Positions 38,677-46,033 of a stretch of 64,000 nt of DNA are shown here, piece after piece. The notes below the pieces were generated by a model. The model worked only from the letters and a program-made list of their open reading frames with translations. It did no database searches and was not told the DNA's origin. Made by a program: the position numbers and the translations under genes. Source of the stretch: Nitrospira sp. (GTDB lineage Bacteria; Nitrospirota; Nitrospiria; Nitrospirales; Nitrospiraceae); NCBI GenBank assembly GCA_047150005.1, contig AP038806.1, positions 192,001-256,000 on the forward strand. The letters are read 5' to 3'. Position 1 is the stretch's first letter. Each line of letters starts with the position of its first letter.

Positions 38677-39192
38677 CTATTTCTCGCCTCGCGGGTGACT
38701 ATGGCTGATCGCCTGGGGAAAGGTCACCGAGCCATCGGGAAACTCTTGCCCAGGCTGCCACAAATGATAAATGACCCCATCGGTCTTTGAGGCGCTCTCT
38801 GCAATTTCCGCTGCCTTATCAGCTGGCTCTAAGACCTGTAGCCGGCCAGTCGCGATTTCGGCCTTGTGATCATGAAAATGCCGATGCCACTGAATCACAG
38901 GTAACTTTCGGGATAGGTCCTTGGCGACAAAATATTCCACCCCGACCAGCTTGGCATCCGGTGCCGTGGATTCGAACAAGAGACATTGAAAGACTTGCGC
39001 AGAAGCAGGCTTACAATAGTGATGGAACGGCCCTCCCAGCGTACCGTCTGCCATCATATGGGGAACCTGCACGTGAATGGTGAATCCATCCATTGGAGAT
39101 GTCGCGTCTGCAGCAAACGCGACACCGTAATTCCAAGCCACACTAAGCGCCGCAATGAGGACTCCTTTTATCCAACCTCGTGTCGATCGCAT
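38677..39192 (-). CDS. Exported DUF1264/OBAP-like protein
   Basis: Signal peptide, FHHYCK, QCLLFES, KLVGVEYFV, HDHKAEI. Confidence 0.75.
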   Translation of the reverse strand: MRSTRGWIKGVLIAALSVAWNYGVAFAADATSPMDGFTIHVQVPHMMADGTLGGPFHHYCKPASAQVFQCLLFESTAPDAKLVGVEYFVAKDLSRKLPVIQWHRHFHDHKAEIATGRLQVLEPADKAAEIAESASKTDGVIYHLWQPGQEFPDGSVTFPQAISHSHPRGEK

Positions 39193-39234
39193 ACGTCCCT
39201 CCTCATCAGGTATGTGTGATTACTCAGGTACAGC

Positions 39235-39546
39235 TTATGCGCAACATGAACCTGCGCTCTGCCTCTCAGCACTCTCATAGATGCGAATCTCTGGCGGCGC
39301 CTGCAGAAATGGCTTGAGCGTACCGGCCACGTCATTTGTGAACAGGTTGCTCGTCAGGTACGACTTCGCATTGTCGACCGTATCGAACCGATGGAGCACT
39401 TGCACATCCTCGTCTCTAATCAACAGTTCCTTGGATTTGGCACCCACGACCTGCTTCAAGAATGGATCTCGATACTTCGTGTACACGTCGGCCGCCGACT
39501 TGCGATCGCGGTCCGCAACTTTGAGCGTGATTTCGAGATACGCCAT
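39235..39546 (-). CDS. Small hypothetical protein, probable dimeric alpha/beta-barrel fold
   Basis: SD GAGGAGG; YLEITLKV...SKELLIRDEDVQVLH.FDT...PEIRIYE pattern. Confidence 0.65.
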   Translation of the reverse strand: MAYLEITLKVADRDRKSAADVYTKYRDPFLKQVVGAKSKELLIRDEDVQVLHRFDTVDNAKSYLTSNLFTNDVAGTLKPFLQAPPEIRIYESAERQSAGSCCA

Positions 39547-39674
39547 GATTTGTCCTCCTCATCTGGAAAGTTGAAAAATGTCTCCATCGGCTTTATAAAT
39601 TAAACATCACGGGAGCATTCATTGAGAAATTGTTTTTCTAAATATCATTTATTCATAACTCCTATGAATCGATT

Positions 39675-40601
39675 ATGAATCTCAGCCAGCTCCGTTTCGC
39701 GACTTCCCTCGCATCCACCGGCTCATTCACATTGGCAGCCGCGGAGTGCTGTGTGACACAGCCCACGCTTTCGAACGGCATTGCCCAACTTGAGGATGAA
39801 TTGGGAGCTCAGCTGTTTGTTCGCACCACACGCAAAGTCGGGTTGACGCCGTTCGGTGTATACGCGTTGCCCTACATGACGGAAGTCCTAAAAGCCCACA
39901 CCGTCCTCGCCAGTCAGGCCAAGGCGTTTCTTCACCCTGATCAACAACTCATCCGCATCGGCACCTCGCCGCTGGTGGATGCCTCGCTACTGAAGCTCAT
40001 GATTGAACCATTTCGGCGTGACAACCCGAGGGTGGATATCGTGCTCCGTGAGATGAACATGACCGATCTCCATCAAATGCTGGATCGTGGACTGCTGGAT
40101 TACGTCTTCGGAGTCGCGGAAGCTCACAAAAAACGGTGGGTGACGGCAACGCTTTATGACGAGCCCTTGATGTTCATTCCACCCGGACAGGGATGGCTCG
40201 GGAACCCACGGCGTGAATCAGTCGACTTAAAGGACATTGCCAATGAGACCTATGTGATGGTGCCAGATGCGTGCGGGTTGTCTCGTGTGACGCGAGGCAT
40301 TTTCCGCAGTCAACGACGCACGCTCAAGGAATATTCCGGAAGGGCGATGAGCTATCATGTCCTCCAAGACTGGGCTGCGCTCGGGATGGGCGCGGCGATC
40401 CTACCGAAATCGAAGATTAGCGAGAGCCGACAGCATGTCTATCCCATCGAAGGTCGTGCTCGTCGGGAAGTTCGAATCACATTCGAGGCGATCTGGTCCA
40501 GAAACAAGGCACGCGCTCCTCATCTGCGAGCGTTCGAACAGCATCTTTGCAAGGTGGTTCCTCACATCGTTCGCGGGCACATACCGGCAAAGATTAGGTA
40601 G
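39675..40601 (+). CDS. LysR family regulator (OxyR-like N-terminus)
   Basis: SFTLAAAECCVTQPTLSNGIAQLEDELGAQLFVRTTRKV; divergent from the cassette. Confidence 0.9.
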   Translation: MNLSQLRFATSLASTGSFTLAAAECCVTQPTLSNGIAQLEDELGAQLFVRTTRKVGLTPFGVYALPYMTEVLKAHTVLASQAKAFLHPDQQLIRIGTSPLVDASLLKLMIEPFRRDNPRVDIVLREMNMTDLHQMLDRGLLDYVFGVAEAHKKRWVTATLYDEPLMFIPPGQGWLGNPRRESVDLKDIANETYVMVPDACGLSRVTRGIFRSQRRTLKEYSGRAMSYHVLQDWAALGMGAAILPKSKISESRQHVYPIEGRARREVRITFEAIWSRNKARAPHLRAFEQHLCKVVPHIVRGHIPAKIR

Positions 40602-40634
40602 CGGAGCGACTCCTGGCCGCCAACCCGCAACCAC

Positions 40635-41288
40635 TCAAATCAATCCGTGTTTCTTAAGATAGTCCGTGTCGATGGCGGGAGTCGGTTTGGAAAGTTGGCT
40701 CCGTTCCTGGAGCAATCGCTCGACATACTTGCCGATCAAATCCGATTCAAGGTTCACCGGATCGTCGACCTGCTTGAGCCCGAGCGTCGTCACCTTGGCG
40801 GTGTGAGGAATAATCGCGACCGATACGGCATGGTCGGTCACTTCATTGATCGTCAGACTGACGCCGTCGACCGTAATTGAGCCCTTCATCACGCAATAGC
40901 GCAGCACGTCCGGCGGCATGTCGATCGTCACGACGACGGCGTTGGCGTCCTGACGGCGGCTGCGAATCCTGCCGACCCCGTCCACGTGGCCTGCCACAAG
41001 ATGCCCGCCGATGCGCTCGTTCAACTTCAAGGCCCGCTCCAAATTCACAGGGGCGCCCGCTCCGAGTCGGCCGAGCGCCGTGACCGAAAGCGTTTCCGGC
41101 GAGACTTCCACCGCAAACCAGGCTTGCTCCCGTTCCGCCACCGTCAAGCACGCGCCGTTCACGCTCACACTGTCTCCGACTTTCAGGTCGCCCATGACCT
41201 CCGTCGCGAGAATCGTCATTCTGGTTCCGGCGAGCGTCTTGTCGACGGACCGTATGGCGCCCATTTCTTCGACAATCCCGGTGAACAT
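40635..41288 (-). CDS. ribE: Riboflavin synthase
   Basis: MFTGIVEE N-terminus, VNGACLTV, GGHLVAGHVDG, IIPHT. Confidence 0.96.
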   Translation of the reverse strand: MFTGIVEEMGAIRSVDKTLAGTRMTILATEVMGDLKVGDSVSVNGACLTVAEREQAWFAVEVSPETLSVTALGRLGAGAPVNLERALKLNERIGGHLVAGHVDGVGRIRSRRQDANAVVVTIDMPPDVLRYCVMKGSITVDGVSLTINEVTDHAVSVAIIPHTAKVTTLGLKQVDDPVNLESDLIGKYVERLLQERSQLSKPTPAIDTDYLKKHGLI

Positions 41289-41290
41289 AA

Positions 41291-41414
41291 CAGGATATTG
41301 AAAATGACCCCCTGTTTCGTTCTCGCTTCTCGCCCAGCCTCGACGTACATAGAAACAGTACGCCTCGGCTAGCCGCTCGCTGCGGCCTTACCGGAGGCCA
41401 TTTTGAATATCCTG
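41291..41414. repeat. 124-bp MITE/REP-like element with 16-bp terminal inverted repeats
   Basis: CAGGATATTGAAAATG ... CATTTTGAATATCCTG (one mismatch); internal arms around GTAC...GTAC. Confidence 0.72.
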
Positions 41415-41433
41415 GAGAAGCAGAACAGAGAGC

Positions 41434-41553
41434 CTATTCCCCTTTCTTGCTCAATATTTGTTTGACGACGTACGCGAAGACCACGATCAGCACGAGGACG
41501 CCTATCGCCGTGACGACGCCGACCACGATATCTTCCGTCGAATGCCCCTGCAT
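41434..41553 (-). CDS. 39-aa single-TM protein, not in the ORF track
   Basis: MQGHSTEDIVVGVVTAIGVLVLIVVFAYVVKQILSKKGE; TATAAT 7 nt upstream of the ATG. Confidence 0.6.
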   Translation of the reverse strand: MQGHSTEDIVVGVVTAIGVLVLIVVFAYVVKQILSKKGE

Positions 41554-41593
41554 CGCCGGCATTATAGTCGGTTTCGCGTCGACCTGTCTCCGC

Positions 41594-42763
41594 CTACGGC
41601 CGTCTCATGGTGAACCAGAATGCCGCCGCCGCCGCGAGCTGCACCCCGGCGATCACGGCGAAGGCGCCGGCATAGCTCGTCCCGGCGATCAAAATACCGG
41701 CCAGTAGCGGCCCGCTCGCGTGTCCGATGTCCATGATCGTGCCCTGCATGCCCATCCCCGCTCCCAGCGTCTTGAATTCCGAGCTGTCCGCCACGAGCGC
41801 GGAGGACGACGACGAGACGACCGCTTCGCCGAACCCGAAACCGGCGGACAGGACCAGGAGCAGCGGAAACATGGACACGTGCGGGATGCAGATGAACGTG
41901 CCGGCGCAGATCATCAATCCCAGCACGATGAGCGGCTGCCGTCCGACGCGGTCGGACACCCTTCCCATGATCGGCTTGGAGAAGAACGAGGTGAACGCCT
42001 GCACACTGAAAAGGAGGCCGACGTCTCCGGCATTCAATCCCACCGACAGCCCATACAGCGGCAAGAATGCCATCAAGGCGCCGTTGGCGATCATCTTGGC
42101 TGCGTCGGTGGAACTGGTGATCAGCACCTTCTTGTTCTTCGCGACCACCGTAAAGCCATTCCACATTTCGGCGGTGATCGCGGAAAATCCCTTCCCTTGC
42201 ATGCGTGGCGGCGCCACGTTCAGCCGCAGGCTGTAGAACAGGACGATCGCGACGCATCCAAACACGCCGGCAGTCATAAACGCCGCGGGGAATCCTGCCG
42301 CGTAGACCAGATAGCCTCCGATGAAGGGGCCGAGCAGGGCACCGGACTGCGTGCAGGCCGTGTAGGTGCCGAGCGCGGCCCCGCGACGCTCCCGGTAGAG
42401 TTCGGCGACGGTCGCCAACGCGCTCGGCGCAAAGATCGCCGTCGCAAGGCCGTGCACGAACCGCAGAGCCGTCAGGGCGTTCAGATCCGTGATGAACGGG
42501 TACACGAACGGAGGAAGGCCGAAGGCCACGACGCCGATCCGGAGCAGCATCGTCCGGCCGTACATGTCGGACAGCGCGCCGGACGGCAGTTTGAGCAGCA
42601 CCCCCGTCAAGGTCGACACCGACACGATCAGTCCGATCCGCTCGGGCCCGGCACCGAGCGATTCGGCGAACAGGGCCAACACCGGCATGCGCACCATGTT
42701 ATAGCTGATAAAACAGAGCACGCCGACCGTACAGATCAGGACGAAGCTGCGCGCGGAGGTCAT
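41594..42763 (-). CDS. MFS transporter
   Basis: About 12 TM; GALSDMYGR and GRVSDRVGRQ motif-A copies. Confidence 0.9.
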   Translation of the reverse strand: MTSARSFVLICTVGVLCFISYNMVRMPVLALFAESLGAGPERIGLIVSVSTLTGVLLKLPSGALSDMYGRTMLLRIGVVAFGLPPFVYPFITDLNALTALRFVHGLATAIFAPSALATVAELYRERRGAALGTYTACTQSGALLGPFIGGYLVYAAGFPAAFMTAGVFGCVAIVLFYSLRLNVAPPRMQGKGFSAITAEMWNGFTVVAKNKKVLITSSTDAAKMIANGALMAFLPLYGLSVGLNAGDVGLLFSVQAFTSFFSKPIMGRVSDRVGRQPLIVLGLMICAGTFICIPHVSMFPLLLVLSAGFGFGEAVVSSSSSALVADSSEFKTLGAGMGMQGTIMDIGHASGPLLAGILIAGTSYAGAFAVIAGVQLAAAAAFWFTMRRP

Positions 42764-43569
42764 GGGGCGATCCCGCCATGCGGACGAGCAGGCGCCGGCG
42801 CCTGCTCCGGAGCGGCCAGGGCCCGTTGCAGGAAGGCGATGTCGGCGGCGTCCAAGGCCGGAGGATCCATGGCTTCGAACAGGACTCGATCCGGATGCCG
42901 GCGCATTTCGAGCCCGAGGCGATTGACGGCCTCCAGCCCCTTCACCAACTTCTGCTCCACCGTACCGCCGATGAACGGCCGCAGGAGCGACAACAGCCCG
43001 GAGACGAAGCGGTTGTCCACCTTCATGTAGGACACCAACGTCGTGTCCATCGATTCAGCTCCCTCAGGCTCCCGCACGACTTTCGTTCTCAGGAGCACCA
43101 CGGCCTTGCCCGTCAGGCTCGGCAACAGGCGGCTGTGGTGGGTTCCTTCGAGATAATAGATCCGCGACGCGTGGTCGTGATAGATGAGGTGGACCATGCC
43201 TTGAGTCCCCTCCCCGTCATCGCCCCAGTACAGGCCGGGCCCGCGAATTTCCGCCTTGTAGATGCCCAGATCCAGCCGATTGATCAACGCCGCCGCCGTC
43301 GGCGGGCGATCCAGCAGATACGTGTAGAGCGCTTCCGTCAGCGCCGTCCGCACGGGACCGATCTTGTTGGCCGTCGTATAGTCGCCGATGACCGGCTGCA
43401 GCCGGCAGGTCCAGTCGGCACCGACCTTGTCGACGGGAAAGGTCAATCCCGCGTGCTCGGCCGGCAACGAGCAGGTTTCCGAGCGGGCATGCGCGGCCAG
43501 CCAGCACACCACCGTGCCGATCACGACCGCGGCAAGCAGCGGCGCCGCGCCGGGCGGTATGGAGATCAT
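42760..43569 (-). CDS. Hypothetical exported protein
   Basis: Signal peptide; ATGA overlaps with both neighbours. Confidence 0.7.
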   Translation of the reverse strand: MISIPPGAAPLLAAVVIGTVVCWLAAHARSETCSLPAEHAGLTFPVDKVGADWTCRLQPVIGDYTTANKIGPVRTALTEALYTYLLDRPPTAAALINRLDLGIYKAEIRGPGLYWGDDGEGTQGMVHLIYHDHASRIYYLEGTHHSRLLPSLTGKAVVLLRTKVVREPEGAESMDTTLVSYMKVDNRFVSGLLSLLRPFIGGTVEQKLVKGLEAVNRLGLEMRRHPDRVLFEAMDPPALDAADIAFLQRALAAPEQAPAPARPHGGIAP

Positions 43570-44858
43570 GGCGTCTGCGTCGAAATGGTCAGGTGGATGG
43601 AGAAGAGTTGCCGCGGGTCGTCGCGCAGACGCATCTGCCGGAGCAGGTGCTCCACCGAGGGAGTCACGAGTCCCTCGAACGACACTTTGCCGTTGGTCGA
43701 GACCGTGAGCGGCTTCGAGACATCGATCATGCCTTCGTTGAGAAACAGGCTGTAGCGCCGCACCCGTTCCGTCGTCACCTCGATGCGATCCGGCGCGACG
43801 ATGGTCGCGTCCAGCTTGGCATACTCCCGCCGACGAATGGCTTCGTCACGTTTGCTGACCAGATCGTCGGCGAAGGCGGCGATGGGATCGGTGGCGTCGA
43901 TCCGCACCCAATCGAACGGCTGAAAGTGGCTGGCCTCGCGCACCACCGTCAGCCTCGCGGGCAGCGGATCACGGCGCTGGCGATTGAGCCACGCCGACAG
44001 TTCCGGCAGTTCCTCGCGCGGAAAGTAGTGGCCGCCGGCCACCGGATGCTCGCCCTGATGTTCCCGATACACGTGCGGATAACCCAACGCCGTCAGCTCA
44101 CGCGAGATGGACCGGCTCAGCTCCACCGGCATGACCTGATCCTTTTCGCCGTGGATCATGTACACGGGAGTGTTGCGGAGATTCGCCAGAAACGGCATCA
44201 GGACCTGATCCAGCCCACTCGCCATCGGCGCGATACCGGCGAAGAGCGGCGCCTGGTGCATCCCGATCAGCCAGGTGCCGATGCCGCCGTTTGACATGCC
44301 GGTGAGGAAAATGCGATCCGGATCGACATGGTAGCGACGCCGCACCTGCTTGATGGACGCGAGAACGAGCGCCTCGGCGCGTTTGGTAAACCAGGCACCG
44401 CCCGGATACGTCGGACAGGCCAGCAGATATTCATCCTCCAAACGAACCCGCCATCGCTCAAGATAGGCCTCGCCGGTAAACCCCGCGCCGTGCAGACACA
44501 CCACCAACGCATAGCCCTTGGACGGTTGATACGTGAGCGGGATGGACAGCGCGAGTTGGTACGATCGGCCGTCGACGACGACCTGCTCGTCAGGCAGGGT
44601 GCCGATGGGCTGCGACGAGTACGGATATTCCGTTTGGACGATCTGCGTGACAGTCTCAATCGACGCGTCCGGGTGGGCCACGATCGTCCGCAGCAGCCGC
44701 TCCGCTTCGTCGGTGTCCTGGGAGTCCAGATATCGGAAGATCAGCGGGGCGAGCGTGTCGGCATCCGCGGCTTGGGACGCCGGCTCACTCCGCAGGCCAA
44801 GGGCGGTGAGCAAGCTGAAGGCGGTGAAAAAGGTCAGCGCGGGCATCCACCGGATCAC
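43566..44858 (-). CDS. Exported alpha/beta hydrolase (esterase/peptidase-like)
   Basis: LHGAG, GMSNGG nucleophile elbow, HGEKD, GGH; GTGA overlap with the ribD stop. Confidence 0.8.
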   Translation of the reverse strand: MIRWMPALTFFTAFSLLTALGLRSEPASQAADADTLAPLIFRYLDSQDTDEAERLLRTIVAHPDASIETVTQIVQTEYPYSSQPIGTLPDEQVVVDGRSYQLALSIPLTYQPSKGYALVVCLHGAGFTGEAYLERWRVRLEDEYLLACPTYPGGAWFTKRAEALVLASIKQVRRRYHVDPDRIFLTGMSNGGIGTWLIGMHQAPLFAGIAPMASGLDQVLMPFLANLRNTPVYMIHGEKDQVMPVELSRSISRELTALGYPHVYREHQGEHPVAGGHYFPREELPELSAWLNRQRRDPLPARLTVVREASHFQPFDWVRIDATDPIAAFADDLVSKRDEAIRRREYAKLDATIVAPDRIEVTTERVRRYSLFLNEGMIDVSKPLTVSTNGKVSFEGLVTPSVEHLLRQMRLRDDPRQLFSIHLTISTQTP

Positions 44859-45976
44859 AACTCTCCTTCGACCAGAAAGTCATTGCCCAAGGATCGGACC
44901 TTCATGTCGCGCAATTCCGCCGCCGATACGAGCCGTGCCGGTCCTTGCCCTCCGATGAGCCCTTTGGCGTCGGCGCCGCCCAGCAACAACGGCGCGACAT
45001 ACAAGCATACATGATCGATGAGCTTCCCGCGAAGCAGCGCCGCATTGATCTCGCCGCCGCCTTCGACGAGCACCGACGTGATTCCGCGATGGCCCAGAGT
45101 TTTCAGCAGCGAGGGCAACGACACCCGTTTCTCAGCCGACGGCAGGATGAGTGTTTCGATTCCGAGTTGCTCGAGCGCGCGGCGACGGGACGCCGACGCG
45201 GCCGCCGTCGTCGCCACAAGGGTCTTGGCGGTCTCTTGCTCCGCAAGCACGTGCGCGCCCGGGGGCACCCGGAGGGTGCTGTCGACCACGATGCGCAGCG
45301 GCTGCCTATCGGCAGGTGTCGCCAGGCGTGAGCCGATCCTGGCGATCAACGACGGATCGTCCTTCAGCACCGTGCCCACGCCCACCAGCACGGCATCGAC
45401 CTGCGCGCGCAGCCGGTGCGCGTCTCTGCGAGACGGCAGGCCGGTGATCCATCGTGATCGGCCTGTCGCCGTCGCAATCTGTCCGTCCAGGGTCATCCCC
45501 GCCTTCAAAATGACATAGGGCCGCTTCCTTGTGACCCAGTGACGGTAGGTCCGATTGAGGGCTTCGGCCTCGCGCTCCTTCACGCCGACGGTCACCGGAA
45601 GACCGGCCCGCCGGAGCGCCGCAATGCCTTTGCCGTTGACCAGCGGATTCGGATCGGTCATCGCGACGATCACCCGCCGCAGATCGGAGTCCAGCACCGC
45701 CGGCACGCAGGGCGGCGTGCGTTTCTTGGTATGGCAACAGGGTTCCAGGGTGATGTAAAGGTCGGCCCCTTCGGACAAGGGTCCCGCCTCGAGGAGAGCC
45801 AAAATTTCTGCGTGCGGCAAGCCGGGACGGAGATGAAACCCGCGGCCCACGATGCGCCCGTGCCTGACGACCACCGCCCCGGCCATCGGGTTGGGGCTGG
45901 TCGTTCCCCGGCCCTTCTCCGCCAGGCGAAGCGCCAGGGACATGTATCGGTCGTCGTCTGCGGAATCAGCTCGCAT
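44855..45976 (-). CDS. ribD: Bifunctional riboflavin deaminase/reductase
   Basis: TSPNP, HAE, TLEPC..H...TPPC, TLDG, VLVEGGG. Confidence 0.96.
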   Translation of the reverse strand: MRADSADDDRYMSLALRLAEKGRGTTSPNPMAGAVVVRHGRIVGRGFHLRPGLPHAEILALLEAGPLSEGADLYITLEPCCHTKKRTPPCVPAVLDSDLRRVIVAMTDPNPLVNGKGIAALRRAGLPVTVGVKEREAEALNRTYRHWVTRKRPYVILKAGMTLDGQIATATGRSRWITGLPSRRDAHRLRAQVDAVLVGVGTVLKDDPSLIARIGSRLATPADRQPLRIVVDSTLRVPPGAHVLAEQETAKTLVATTAAASASRRRALEQLGIETLILPSAEKRVSLPSLLKTLGHRGITSVLVEGGGEINAALLRGKLIDHVCLYVAPLLLGGADAKGLIGGQGPARLVSAAELRDMKVRSLGNDFLVEGEL

Positions 45977-46033
45977 GGTTCACGAAGATACGCACGTCAA
46001 TCGTGAAGTCCCTCTGCTCAACCATGCAGCCGG

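Noticed and set aside
41289..41430. FMN riboswitch upstream of ribE
   Set aside because: No AGGGC-GGG-GAAATTCCC or GGATG-GAGA motifs; the structure is a TIR-bounded repeat.
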